The translations under genes and the position numbers were made by a program. From positions 480,001 to 544,000 of the forward strand of contig CBDCCS010000022.1 of NCBI GenBank assembly GCA_965214935.1: DNA of 64,000 bases, in the 5' to 3' direction. Numbering within the stretch: position 1 is the stretch's first letter; the number at the start of each line of letters is the position of its first letter. Source of the stretch: Candidatus Velthaea sp. (GTDB lineage Bacteria; Vulcanimicrobiota; Vulcanimicrobiia; Vulcanimicrobiales; Vulcanimicrobiaceae). Below the pieces are notes generated by a model. That model saw nothing but the letters and a program-made list of their open reading frames with translations. It did no database searches and was not told the origin of the DNA. Positions 20,582 through 33,646 of this stretch are shown piece after piece.

Positions 20582-21003
20582 TTCACTCCTCTACGAGTTG
20601 AGAAGGCAACGGCGTCTTCGTTGGTGCGAATGCTGCGCGCAAATGCATACATGCAAGTCGTTGCAGCAATCGAATTTTGCGTGCAAGCGCAATCGCGCAT
20701 CCGACCGTCGCCGCAGACACCCTAGCACGAGTCGACGGTTTAGAAAACTAACATTGTATTAACAACATGGTCGCGCAATCGCCGTCACGCGTCGCGCCGC
20801 TCAACGTGCTGATGTTCGAGCCATATTGCGTACGACAGTGACCAAGCGGACTTCGTGTTGACGGCTGTATTTTCGCGTCGCACTACACATTTATTTATCG
20901 AGCTTTGGTTAATCCGTGCTTAACGTTTTTGTGGTGTCATACGCGAGTGGGACGTGGTCGATTCCGACAACGTGCTGGTGCTCTGTTCGTGAAATGGGGA
21001 TAG

Positions 21004-24000
21004 ATGCTCGTTTGGCTACGCGCTTCTTTTGCGCGCCCATATTTTCTGTTTTTCATCTTTCTGTGCCTCATTTGTGGAGCTCCCACGAGCGCCGCGGGAA
21101 CCGGACAAATCACCGGCGTCGTCACCGACACGAAAGGTACGAATATTGCCGGCGCGGCAATCGACATTCGCTCGCCGGCCGATCATTATACGACCAAATC
21201 GGACGCGAGCGGACGCTTTGCGCTCGCCGGGTTGACCGTTGATACGTATACGATTAGCACGACCAAAGCGGGATTCGACACCTTTGTTATCGGCGGCGCG
21301 ACAATATCGCAAGATGAAACTTATCGCGTCACAATTCGCCTTGGTGCCAAGCTTCAAACGATCGGACGGACCCGCGCACGTCCGATTACAAGTGCCTTCC
21401 AACCCGAACAGACGATCGACCGGACAGTGGTAACCGCTGCGGGCATCGATCAACTTCTCGGCAAGTCGTTCGATACGAACGGTAAACAGTTGCTGAGCGA
21501 ATTGCCCGGCGTCGCGATCGACAAAAACGGGACGGTGCTCATCCGCGGCGGTACGAGCTTTGAGGGTGCTCTAGAGGTTGAGGGCATCGATTATACGGAG
21601 CCGAATCGGAGCTTGAGCAACCGGTTTGAAAATGCCGGCAACGGCTACTTACTCAACGGCGTCGGCTCGATCGAAATCATACCCGGTGGCGGTGACGCAA
21701 CGCATGGCAACACCGGCACCGGACTCATCGCACTTACGGCTAAACGCGGAACGTCACCGTCATTTGCGACGGTCGACCTCGAAAAGGGTACGCTCGGCGG
21801 CGCCAACCCGTCGAATCAGTTCGGCTTCGAGTACGGCTTTACGGCTCTCAAGAATCGGCTATCGAACTACACGACCTTCATCGCCGAAGACCGGCATGAA
21901 TTTTATGGCCCGTATGGCACCGATCCGACCGGCATCATCGCCGACCCGAGCTCGATCAATCCCGACCTGCAAGGTCTCAGCACCGCAGATCAGCGGACGC
22001 TCTACACGACGTCGGCATTTAACGCGTCGTTCCAAAGTTCACGTGACTTTCTCAACAATCTCGTCTACAAGTTCGGCCGCGATCAGTCGCAGCAAGTGCA
22101 ATTCTTCGTTCAGTCGCAAGTTGTACACCAAGATCTTGACTATGGCGGTGCACAACTGTTAACGGCCGTCCCGCAAACGATCGGCAACCAGCTGCTCTAC
22201 GGCCGCGGAAATTTCAATCAATCTCTGCAACTCCTGACCGGCGGCAATGACCCGATCAACTACCCCGGTTTCCCCGCAACCCAATTAAACAACGCGACCT
22301 TGATCGACTTCCTCAATCGGTTTGCACCGCGGGTAATCGGCGCAGTTCCCGGCGCAACGTTACAGTCGCCCGAGACAATCGACAGCCCGTTCTCGGCGTA
22401 TAAGATTGAATACGATAACACTCTCACTCCGACGACGAGTCTCCAGCTTCGAGCTTATCGCACCGACGATGCGGCATCTGAGGCTCTGCCTTCGCAGGGT
22501 CTTGCCGTCCCGGCCGAAGGCGGCCTTCGCCGCGGCTTAGCAAGCGACATAACGAAGGTGCTCAGTGACAAACATACACTGCGATTCGGCGGAAAATACG
22601 ACTTTGCCCAGCCGTTTGGTTCGCGCATCGACACCAACGATTACACCGGCATTTTTGGCGGTCTCTACACGCTTTCCGGCAATGCAACGAACTTTTCGAA
22701 TCTAGGCGCAAACACGCACGACGTCATTGCCGATTTCCTCCAGCCGCAACCAGTCGTCTACGATCCGGTGGGTGGAGCAGCGGTGATAAGCGGGACGCCG
22801 GGATGCATCGGCTTTACGCCACCTGGGGCGCCTGCATTCCTCTCCGCTCCCGCAGAGCATTGCGGTTATCTCTATCGCTACTTTCCAAACGGGCCCCCGC
22901 GGCTACCGGCGGAGGTTGAAGCTCCGCTTGCGCGTCAGCAGAGCTACGGACTCTACGCACAAGATACGTACGCACCCAATTCGCGGTTGCGGATCCTCGC
23001 CGGGTTGCGACTCGACGGTTATAACTTTCTGCTACCCGACGATGTCGGCAGCCCGCCAGCCGTCGACGGTCTTCGGCACCAGCGGCTGTACGAACCGAAG
23101 CTGGGGCTGAGTTACCGGATTGGTAATCGCGATGCGGTTCGCGCAAACTTCGGCCGCTCGCTGGCGATCCCGCTGCCATCGTTTCTCGGAAACGATATCG
23201 ATCGGTCGTCACTTGCGGCTTTTGCGAAAATCCCATCCTATGATAGCGTTACCGGTTTGCCGGCGACGTATTGCGGCTTGCCCAGCCTCATTGCAATTCC
23301 ATACCAGCCACCGGTGTATCTCGGCAATCAGCCGTGTAAATCGTACGCCGACCAGTTGTATTGGCTCTTACGAGACGCACGTTTTGGCGGTCAATCACAA
23401 ATCACAAGTCCGCTGCGCGGTGCCACCTTTACGAACGACGACTTTACCTATTCGCACGAGTTCAACGGCGGTGCGGCGATCAAGATTACACCATTCTATC
23501 GCCGCGGTTACGATGTCGTTGAAACATCGCAGACGTTACTTGGCATCGATCCGACGTCCGGTACCGAACAGCTCAGTCCCGAAATCCAATCGAACCTCGG
23601 CTTCCAGACGGCAGCGGGTTTTGAATTCGTAGCTACGACGCCGCAACGGCCGACAGGTTTGAGTGCGACGGTTACGGCGACGTACGTGAATCAAATCGGC
23701 AACGATCCGCCGGGTAACTATTTGCCGACGGCCTCGATTCAACTCGGTGAAGTCTACCATTCGCCGACGATTGCGCCCATGCAGGCGACATTCGCTGCAA
23801 CGTATCGCACCAAATGGGGCCTACGGATCAATCCGATCCTCACCTTGAAAAGCGGTTATCCCTACGGGAGCGGCGTTTACCAGGCACTCACGATCAACGG
23901 CAAACCCTACTACATCCCGTACACCGATGCAATTTACCAAGGCTTTTTCTCATCGTTGTTATCGAACGGGAACGTCGACCCTCAATATCCGGGGACGCTA

Positions 24001-24369
24001 ACGAATCCGAACATCGTTGCAACACGCGGGACCGAAGCGCCGACCTCAACGGCCGGCAACCTATTCTCTTCTCCGTATGTGAATCTCGATTTGACGATCT
24101 CAATGACCCCGCCGCCGGGCAAGAACGGACTTACCTATGGGCTCGCAATCACCAACTTTTTCGACCGGACATCGAGCGTTCCATACCCCAATTTCGCGAA
24201 CGACTGCGTGCTCGTCTATACCGGCTTGTGCGCTGGAAGCGGCTTTGCAGCGGTATCGGACGCCACGCATAGCGCGGCGAAGACAGCGAACAGTTTAAAC
24301 AATCCTTATTTGGTGTACGTCAACGCGCTACCCATTGCGATCCGTTTCTTCGTGCAGGCACATCTGTGA
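21004..24369 (+). CDS. TonB-dependent receptor with N-terminal carboxypeptidase-regulatory-like domain
   Basis: TGQITGVVTD..., plug-like LPGV..IRGG and barrel strands YAQDTY..GLRLD. 1121 aa. Confidence 0.85.
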   Translation: MLVWLRASFARPYFLFFIFLCLICGAPTSAAGTGQITGVVTDTKGTNIAGAAIDIRSPADHYTTKSDASGRFALAGLTVDTYTISTTKAGFDTFVIGGATISQDETYRVTIRLGAKLQTIGRTRARPITSAFQPEQTIDRTVVTAAGIDQLLGKSFDTNGKQLLSELPGVAIDKNGTVLIRGGTSFEGALEVEGIDYTEPNRSLSNRFENAGNGYLLNGVGSIEIIPGGGDATHGNTGTGLIALTAKRGTSPSFATVDLEKGTLGGANPSNQFGFEYGFTALKNRLSNYTTFIAEDRHEFYGPYGTDPTGIIADPSSINPDLQGLSTADQRTLYTTSAFNASFQSSRDFLNNLVYKFGRDQSQQVQFFVQSQVVHQDLDYGGAQLLTAVPQTIGNQLLYGRGNFNQSLQLLTGGNDPINYPGFPATQLNNATLIDFLNRFAPRVIGAVPGATLQSPETIDSPFSAYKIEYDNTLTPTTSLQLRAYRTDDAASEALPSQGLAVPAEGGLRRGLASDITKVLSDKHTLRFGGKYDFAQPFGSRIDTNDYTGIFGGLYTLSGNATNFSNLGANTHDVIADFLQPQPVVYDPVGGAAVISGTPGCIGFTPPGAPAFLSAPAEHCGYLYRYFPNGPPRLPAEVEAPLARQQSYGLYAQDTYAPNSRLRILAGLRLDGYNFLLPDDVGSPPAVDGLRHQRLYEPKLGLSYRIGNRDAVRANFGRSLAIPLPSFLGNDIDRSSLAAFAKIPSYDSVTGLPATYCGLPSLIAIPYQPPVYLGNQPCKSYADQLYWLLRDARFGGQSQITSPLRGATFTNDDFTYSHEFNGGAAIKITPFYRRGYDVVETSQTLLGIDPTSGTEQLSPEIQSNLGFQTAAGFEFVATTPQRPTGLSATVTATYVNQIGNDPPGNYLPTASIQLGEVYHSPTIAPMQATFAATYRTKWGLRINPILTLKSGYPYGSGVYQALTINGKPYYIPYTDAIYQGFFSSLLSNGNVDPQYPGTLTNPNIVATRGTEAPTSTAGNLFSSPYVNLDLTISMTPPPGKNGLTYGLAITNFFDRTSSVPYPNFANDCVLVYTGLCAGSGFAAVSDATHSAAKTANSLNNPYLVYVNALPIAIRFFVQAHL

Positions 24370-25736
24370 CGTCCCGGTTGCGACGGCTGAGCGTTGCGAT
24401 CGGCGTAGCGCTCGCGGGTTGCTCGAACGGCGGAACATCCGCAACGCCGGCCGTACAAACAGCAAACATCGCGCAAACGGCAAAGCTGCAACTCGCGGTC
24501 GGCACCGCGACGATCGCCTATTCCGACGGAAGTTTTGTCGGCACGAATTTCGTCTCGACGTTTCGCGGCGTCGACGGGCACAGCGCGACGCTCGCAAACA
24601 CGCCGACAATCACCGGCCCGCCATCGTTCATCATCGGTTTTCCGGGCACGCCGAACACGTTGAGCGGCACGTTACCCAACGTACTGAGTAACGCATTACT
24701 TGCTACCCAGCAAGGCGCTCCGCTCCCGCCGACGCTGGGCGCGGGCCTCGGGCCGCTCGTCGGCGTGTTCGGTTATGGAATGGCCGGCGACAATTTGCTG
24801 TCACCACAGGTAGCAAACTTATTAGCGCGTTATACCGGTGGCGTTCAGAACTCGAATGGAACCACGACATTAATTTGTCAAACGTTGACACCACTTTCCG
24901 GTCAAGGTTCGCCGTACGATGAGTTCAGTCCACCAATCTCCGGGCCATCGGGTAGTGTAGCGTTGACCGGCGCGGCGCAATCAAACGAGTTAGCACTTCC
25001 CGTCGGTAGCGGTCAAATTTACGATCCGGCCGGCAATAACATCAATTGCCCCGTAAGCTTGCTCAAATCGAATTACGCCGCCGCTGCCGATCCCGATCTT
25101 GCGATCAATTATTATGGTGGCCCACCTGCGTGGCCCTCACCCCAAGGCTATGGGAACGCGTTGTTCTTTACCGGCTATCCGCTTGGCTTCACCGATTTTT
25201 TTACGCTACCGGTGCCCGGCTCGTACGGGCTGGATGTTGCCTACGCAACGAATGCCGCATCGACGACGTACGGCCACCTCGACGCGTCAGCAACCCTCGC
25301 CGATACGCAAGCACTACCGCCGATGACGATCGCCAGTGCGATAGTTCATCCCGACGGCACCGGCAGCGTTATCGTTAACGTTCCCAGCGGCGTCGTTGAA
25401 GCCATCATTCTCGTGCGCGCGATCGATTGCGACATTTCGGAACGTCCGGCACAAAACCTCAACAATTACGCCGTTGTCACGCACGCGACGGGTACGCAGC
25501 AGGTAATTTTTGCTGCAAACTTAGGGCCGCCGAACAACGCCGGACAACCAACGCCGACGTTTTGTGCCGGTCCCAGCAGTCCGCTCCACGCAACTGCGTT
25601 TGCCGTAGGGTTCGATTACCCGGCGTACGAGTCGTCATATCCGTTCAACACGACGCAAACGCCGAAGATAACGAATGCGAGCGGGCAAGCCGACGTGACG
25701 ACGAGCGTACCATTTCCGTTCACGCAAGGATCGTAA
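24366..25736 (+). CDS. Hypothetical lipoprotein
   Basis: Lipobox LAGC. GTGA overlap with the receptor stop. Confidence 0.75.
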   Translation: MTSRLRRLSVAIGVALAGCSNGGTSATPAVQTANIAQTAKLQLAVGTATIAYSDGSFVGTNFVSTFRGVDGHSATLANTPTITGPPSFIIGFPGTPNTLSGTLPNVLSNALLATQQGAPLPPTLGAGLGPLVGVFGYGMAGDNLLSPQVANLLARYTGGVQNSNGTTTLICQTLTPLSGQGSPYDEFSPPISGPSGSVALTGAAQSNELALPVGSGQIYDPAGNNINCPVSLLKSNYAAAADPDLAINYYGGPPAWPSPQGYGNALFFTGYPLGFTDFFTLPVPGSYGLDVAYATNAASTTYGHLDASATLADTQALPPMTIASAIVHPDGTGSVIVNVPSGVVEAIILVRAIDCDISERPAQNLNNYAVVTHATGTQQVIFAANLGPPNNAGQPTPTFCAGPSSPLHATAFAVGFDYPAYESSYPFNTTQTPKITNASGQADVTTSVPFPFTQGS

Positions 25737-25738
25737 TC

Positions 25739-28243
<2,505 letters not shown>

Positions 28244-28402
28244 GCCGGCTCGTGCATGGTCGTTCTGCAACTTTACGTGTTACGCACGAACGAGACAACG
28301 CCGCAAAGCGTATCCGACGAGAACGGCGATCGCGATTGCCCAAACGCCGACATGCTGTGCCGACCAATTCCACGCAAGGACGACCGGACGAGCGGCGTCC
28401 AC

Positions 28403-28834
28403 TTAAGCCGGGACGCGTGTCCGGCGGGCCGTGGTCGGCGGAACTTCGCTCGGCCGCAAGAGAATGAACACGGCGGCGATGACGATGTTGATCGCTGCCT
28501 GCGTGATGAATTGCCCGGTCGTGAGCGTATGCGCGCCGAACGTGCTTGCCAGCGCATAAGCAATGCCGATCGCTTGTTCGGCGACCGCAACCCAAATGAG
28601 CGTGCTGAAACGCTGCGGGTTCGTCGCGACGATCAAGTACACGAAGCCGAGCAAAAAGAGAACCATCCCGTACTGCTGGCTCATCAGCAACAAATCGCCC
28701 GTCCATCCCGATTTCGGCGCCCAGCCGACGAAGCTCGCACCTTGCTGCTGTGCAAACGTCGACAGAGCACCGTTGAGCAATTCCCACACGCCCCAAATAA
28801 CGAGTATGCCTTGAATCGGTCGAGTTGATTTCAT
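28403..28834 (-). CDS. Hypothetical 4-TM membrane protein
   Basis: ATGA overlap with the upstream stop. Four hydrophobic segments. Confidence 0.75.
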   Translation of the reverse strand: MKSTRPIQGILVIWGVWELLNGALSTFAQQQGASFVGWAPKSGWTGDLLLMSQQYGMVLFLLGFVYLIVATNPQRFSTLIWVAVAEQAIGIAYALASTFGAHTLTTGQFITQAAINIVIAAVFILLRPSEVPPTTARRTRVPA

Positions 28835-29463
28835 TCCGTTCGTCCTTCGTTTGAGAGTTGTAATTGACGGCCGCCGTGCACGCACGTCCGGCACGTTCCA
28901 GCCGAGCCCGCACAGCCGCTCGACGCTGCTTTCACCGGCTTACATACCCGGCCGAACGTTTGCCGCACGGATCCGACAATGCTGTTAAACGGGCATAAGT
29001 ATCGGCAAATCCCCCGTTTTCCGAGGACGGCCACACTCGCGGGAATCGCGAGCGCGAGGCTCAACCCGAAGAGATGCCGTTGCCAACTGTTCGGATCGAG
29101 ATCGAGCGGGGTGCGGTCGTGCAACGCCGCATTCGGCCACAGCCACCAGCCGATCGGGATCCATAAAAGGAGCACGGCAAGCGTTACGCCACGGCCAAGG
29201 CGTGGATTGAATCGGACGCGCGAGCGCGCGATCGGCTCGGCGAAATCCTGAATGGCGCCGATCCAGCACATCGTCCCGCACACGAGCGGTGACCCGGCGG
29301 CCGAGAGCAGAATCAAGGCGATCCAAAACGCGGCACCGATGGCAAGCCACAACGGCCCGGGCAGATGCGCCTCGACCAGCCCGAGGTTAACGAAGACGAA
29401 GAGTATTTGCAGCAGCCGCCGCCGCCGCTCGGCGGTGAGTCCGCCCGACGCGCCGACATCCAT
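28831..29463 (-). CDS. Membrane protein with CxxxC(P/W) motifs (NapH/YccM-like 4Fe-4S binding)
   Basis: CGTMCWIG and CRYLCPFN plus a Cys-rich tail. Confidence 0.7.
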   Translation of the reverse strand: MDVGASGGLTAERRRRLLQILFVFVNLGLVEAHLPGPLWLAIGAAFWIALILLSAAGSPLVCGTMCWIGAIQDFAEPIARSRVRFNPRLGRGVTLAVLLLWIPIGWWLWPNAALHDRTPLDLDPNSWQRHLFGLSLALAIPASVAVLGKRGICRYLCPFNSIVGSVRQTFGRVCKPVKAASSGCAGSAGTCRTCVHGGRQLQLSNEGRTE

Positions 29464-29559
29464 CCTCACATCATAAGCCGCTGACGGAACGGGCTGCCGC
29501 GACGCAGGTCACGGCCGCGCGGCAAGGCAACGCGCGGTCACTACGCTAACGTCATCTCG

Positions 29560-30435
29560 GTGCCGGTTAATGCTGCGCGAATAAATCCGGCAATCCGCGG
29601 CTTGGCCTGGCGGCAAGTCGTGCCGGCGGTGGTGGCGGCAGGCGAATTGTCGATCGCGTTGCTGTTCTTTTTCAAGCCGGGCATCGCGTTCTCGCTACTC
29701 GGCCGGCCGGTGCTCGATCCGGTGATGAGCCGGCAATACGGACTCTTTCTCTGCTCGGCCGCGTTGATGTACGCGCTCGTTGCTGCAGATCCGATTGTCT
29801 TCCGGCGCTTTCTCTGGATCGGCGTGATTCAACGCGGATTCGAGTTGGCGATCGCGGCGATCGATTGGCGAGCCGGCGAGATCGCGACGAACGCTTTCTT
29901 TGCGCTCGCCGGCGTCGAAATCTGCGTTGCTGCTCTGCTTGCGCTATGTGCCGGCGGGCGCGTTGGTTCGGCTGCCGCCGCCGGCTCGCGCGAATCGCGT
30001 GCCGTGTTGCAGCCAAGTGTTTGGCTCGTACGAGCGCTGGTTGGGTTCGGCGGCTTGCAGCTTTTTTGGGCGTTCTGCTCGACGGTGTTCGTTCAACTCG
30101 GTTCGCGCTTACTGGGTTGGCGGTTGCAAGATGCATACACCACGCAGCAGCAAGGCATCGCGCTGCTGGTAATCGGATTGAGCAGCGTGCTCGCTGCGAC
30201 GGACGTGCAGCGGTATCGCCGGTTCGTTTGGGTTCCGCTCAGCAGTCAAATTCTCGGAATCGTCAACGCCATGAACGAACTGCGTCTTGGTAGCATCTCA
30301 TTAACGGTTGCGCTCATCCAATGGGCAATTCAATCGATCATCATCGCCTTACTCGTGCGACTTTCGGCTCGTGGGACGACCGCGGGTAAGGCATCTTCAG
30401 CGCTCGTCGTGCCGCTGGGCGACACCATCGGCTAG
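29560..30435 (+). CDS. Hypothetical membrane protein with duplicated 4-TM domain
   Basis: Two internally similar halves, each also similar to 28403-28834. Confidence 0.7.
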   Translation: MPVNAARINPAIRGLAWRQVVPAVVAAGELSIALLFFFKPGIAFSLLGRPVLDPVMSRQYGLFLCSAALMYALVAADPIVFRRFLWIGVIQRGFELAIAAIDWRAGEIATNAFFALAGVEICVAALLALCAGGRVGSAAAAGSRESRAVLQPSVWLVRALVGFGGLQLFWAFCSTVFVQLGSRLLGWRLQDAYTTQQQGIALLVIGLSSVLAATDVQRYRRFVWVPLSSQILGIVNAMNELRLGSISLTVALIQWAIQSIIIALLVRLSARGTTAGKASSALVVPLGDTIG

Positions 30436-30474
30436 CCGGCTGCAACCGTCCACGCCGTCGGCACGTCGTCTCGC

Positions 30475-31473
30475 TTGGTGAGAAACGCCGAATCACTCGC
30501 AACGGCAAGCCGGCCGATCGCAAATAGCAATGGATTGTATCGTGGTCTCGACGTACGGCTGAGCGTAGCGATTGCCGCGGTTTGGCTGTTGTGGGGGTCG
30601 ACCTATGCCGGAATGCGTCTGGCGGTCGCAACAATGCCGCCGTTCGCAATGGCATCGGTACGTTTCAGCATTGCCGGGTTGATTTTATATCTCATCTGCG
30701 TCGCACGCGGACGAGCCGCCGTTACGCGCGACGACATCGCGCGCGCGGTGGTCACCGGCTCGACGCTCCTGGTTCTGGGAAACGGCATCACCGCGTGGAC
30801 CGTCCAGTACCTGCCGACCGGGGTCAATTCGTTACTGCTTTCGCTCGTGCCGATCTGGATGGCGATCATTGCATTCGTCTGGGGCCGCGAACGGCCGACG
30901 CGGGCGGCAATCGTCGGCAAGTGCTTCGGTTTCGCCGGTCTAGCGTTACTGCTGCTCCAGCCGCACGGCAGCGGATCGGTCACATTGGGACCGGCGCTGC
31001 TCGCGGTCTGCGCCAGCATCGCCTGGGCTTTCGGCTCGATCTATCAACGCCGGGCACCCAAAGTGCACAGCCTCATTTGCGCGACGGCATTGCAGATGCT
31101 TGCCGGCGGGCTGCTGCTGGGCGTGCAAGCCGCACTCTTCGGCCAATGGCGTCAAATCAATCTGCACGCGATCAGTGCCGCCTCGCTGGGTGGCTTCGTG
31201 TGGCTCATTTTCTTCGGGAGCTTACTGGGTTATAGCGCTTACCTCTACACAATGCAGGCCGCACGGCCGGCACTCGCTGCGACATACGCGTACGTCAATC
31301 CGATCGTCGCAGTCATCATCGGTATTCTCATCTTTCACGAGCGTTTTACGGCGACTGAAGCAATCGCCGGCGCGATAATTTTGTTCGGCGTTGCGCTCAT
31401 GATGCTGCCACCGCTACGCGAACCGACTCGATCGATCCGCGCAGCCGACAGTTCGCCGTTTAAACCGGTTTAG
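30475..31473 (+). CDS. EamA/DMT-family transporter (YedA-like)
   Basis: LWGSTY, PPF..R, FGSLLGYSAY and YAYVNPIVAV. Confidence 0.9.
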   Translation: MVRNAESLATASRPIANSNGLYRGLDVRLSVAIAAVWLLWGSTYAGMRLAVATMPPFAMASVRFSIAGLILYLICVARGRAAVTRDDIARAVVTGSTLLVLGNGITAWTVQYLPTGVNSLLLSLVPIWMAIIAFVWGRERPTRAAIVGKCFGFAGLALLLLQPHGSGSVTLGPALLAVCASIAWAFGSIYQRRAPKVHSLICATALQMLAGGLLLGVQAALFGQWRQINLHAISAASLGGFVWLIFFGSLLGYSAYLYTMQAARPALAATYAYVNPIVAVIIGILIFHERFTATEAIAGAIILFGVALMMLPPLREPTRSIRAADSSPFKPV

Positions 31474-32482
31474 GATTACGCTCGAAACCCCGCTGATGCC
31501 AGTATGGATACGCCAGCGTCGTTTCACTCGCCGCATCGATCTTGGCAATTTGGTCGGGTGTCAGCTTCCAATCAACGGCGGCGAGATTTTGAACGAGCTG
31601 TTCTTCGTTGCGGGCGCCGATGATAATCGATGCAATCGTCGGCCGCCGTGCAAGCCAGTTCAGCGCGATCTGCGGAACGCTCTTGCCGGTTTCGGCGGCG
31701 ATCTCGTCGATGGCATTGACAACTTTGTATAAATACTCGTCGGCCACCGGCGGGCCGTTGTCGCCCGTCACCGGCAGCCGGCTGACGTCGGGTTTAGGCT
31801 GACCGCGACGCAGCTTCCCGGTAAGCCGGCCCCAGCCTAGCGGGCTCCAAACAAGTGCACCGACACCTTGATCGATGCCCAGTGGCATGAGTTCCCACTC
31901 GTAATCACGCCCGATCGGCGAGTAATACGCTTGGTGCGCAACGTAACGTGCCCAGCCATAACGCTCGGACACCGCCAGCGATTTCATTAAATGCCAGCCG
32001 GAAAAATTCGAGCAGCCGATATAGCGGACTTTCCCCGAGCGCACGAGCGTATCGAGCGTTTCGAGCGTCTCTTCGATCGGTGTTTGCGCGTCGAAACCGT
32101 GCATTTGCAGAATGTCGATATACTCCGTGCCTAAGCGCCGTAAACTCGCTTCGACCGCGGGGATCATGCGAAAGCGCGAGCTGCCTGCCTCATTGGGACC
32201 CGGTCCCATCGGAAATGTCGTTTTGGTGGAGATCATGACGGCGTCGCGCCGGCCGGCAATGGCTTTACCCAGGATTTCTTCCGACATGCCGCCCGAGTAA
32301 ACGTCGGCGGTATCGAACAAATTGACGCCCGCATCGATGCAGAGATCGGCTAGCCGCGTTGCTTCTTTGACATCCGAAGAACCCCAGGCGCGAAAGAATT
32401 CATTGCTGCCGCCGAAGGTTGCCGTGCCCATGGAAAGCAGCGGAACTTTGAGTCCGCTGCGCCCGAGTTGTCGAAATTCCAT
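31460..32482 (-). CDS. Aldo/keto reductase
   Basis: LGRSGLKV, FDTADVYS, WSPLGWG and YPYWHQ. Confidence 0.92.
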   Translation of the reverse strand: MEFRQLGRSGLKVPLLSMGTATFGGSNEFFRAWGSSDVKEATRLADLCIDAGVNLFDTADVYSGGMSEEILGKAIAGRRDAVMISTKTTFPMGPGPNEAGSSRFRMIPAVEASLRRLGTEYIDILQMHGFDAQTPIEETLETLDTLVRSGKVRYIGCSNFSGWHLMKSLAVSERYGWARYVAHQAYYSPIGRDYEWELMPLGIDQGVGALVWSPLGWGRLTGKLRRGQPKPDVSRLPVTGDNGPPVADEYLYKVVNAIDEIAAETGKSVPQIALNWLARRPTIASIIIGARNEEQLVQNLAAVDWKLTPDQIAKIDAASETTLAYPYWHQRGFERNPKPV

Positions 32483-32506
32483 CGTGCTCCTTTGTTCGCG
32501 TTTACG

Positions 32507-33577
32507 TTAGTATTGGCCGGGATCGGCGTCGATCGCCGCACGATACAAGCGATAGGGGCGAACGCGCAAATCTTGCCCGTTGTTAAAATTCGGCGCGCGG
32601 TTGAGCTGACTGTCCGTTATGTAGATGAGCCGATCGGGACCTAGGCGGACGGCGTCGGGCCAGCGCATGAATCCCGTGCCGCCGAGCAGCGTTTCGAACC
32701 GGTTTTCTTGCGGCAAATACCGGCGGACCGTACCGTTCGTGACATCGGTAAAGTAGACGCGGCCTTCACGATCGGCATCCAACCCGTCCGAAGCGAAATC
32801 GCGCACACCGCGATCGACCACATGCCGCGCGATCTGCTCGTCGTTCGCGGTCGGTTCGCACAAAATATCGGTCTCGATGCTAAAAAAACCATAGGTACCC
32901 AGCGGCGTCCACCAGAGCGTTTTTCCGTCCGGCGAAATCGCGATACCGTCGATGCCGCCGGATGCGGCGATCGGACCGGTTTCCGTTGCGATACCAAAGC
33001 CGGGCGGAATCGCGGCATGGACGCTTGGATGCCCGCTCAAACGGCGCCAGCTCTTACCGCTGTCGAGATCGACGACGATGATTGCATTGGGTCCTTGCGC
33101 TCCGGAATCGCTGATGAACGCGAAGCCGGCCTTACCGCGGCTGTAATCGATCACGAGATCGTTGAGATACGTCGTCGGCAATACGACATCGTGCGAAAAG
33201 CCGATGCCGTGCACGATTGCATCGCGATCGAGATCGATCACCCACAGCTTTGCGGCCGCCGGATCGCAGGCATCGAGCGCATAGGCGCCCGTATCGAGGA
33301 CCAGGAGCCGATTCCCGGGGCCGATCGTGATTCCGTGAACGGAGACAAAGCGATGACCGCGGTCGGTTTCATCGATCGTATTGACGGCCTCATCCGGAAA
33401 CGGAACGGCAACCCCGTTCCGCAGTTCGGCTAGCGTCGGCGTTGCTTTGCGCTCGTCGAGTCGCGGAAAACTCACGAAGATCCGCCCGCTGCGCGACACG
33501 GCGATGCCTGACGGCCAGAACTCCGGAAACTCCGCGATAACTTCCGGCTTGATGCCGGCATTGATCGGTATGTTCAT
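32507..33577 (-). CDS. Yellow/major royal jelly protein family (L-dopachrome tautomerase-related)
   Basis: GIAVSRSGRIFVSFPR, LDTG, YLNDL, ISDSG, DGIAISPDG and WPD. Start at ATG 33577. Confidence 0.85.
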   Translation of the reverse strand: MNIPINAGIKPEVIAEFPEFWPSGIAVSRSGRIFVSFPRLDERKATPTLAELRNGVAVPFPDEAVNTIDETDRGHRFVSVHGITIGPGNRLLVLDTGAYALDACDPAAAKLWVIDLDRDAIVHGIGFSHDVVLPTTYLNDLVIDYSRGKAGFAFISDSGAQGPNAIIVVDLDSGKSWRRLSGHPSVHAAIPPGFGIATETGPIAASGGIDGIAISPDGKTLWWTPLGTYGFFSIETDILCEPTANDEQIARHVVDRGVRDFASDGLDADREGRVYFTDVTNGTVRRYLPQENRFETLLGGTGFMRWPDAVRLGPDRLIYITDSQLNRAPNFNNGQDLRVRPYRLYRAAIDADPGQY

Positions 33578-33646
33578 GCCGTAGCGCTTACCCAACCCGT
33601 TACAACGCGCGCCGGTAATCGGCGCCGCGCGTGAGAACAGCAACGC

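Noticed and set aside
25427..25738. N-terminal extension of the 938-aa ORF
   Set aside because: It overlaps the upstream lipoprotein gene. The signal peptide begins at ATG 25739.
28256..28828. Plus-strand 190-aa ORF
   Set aside because: It is antisense to a coherent 4-TM gene that is translationally coupled to its upstream partner.
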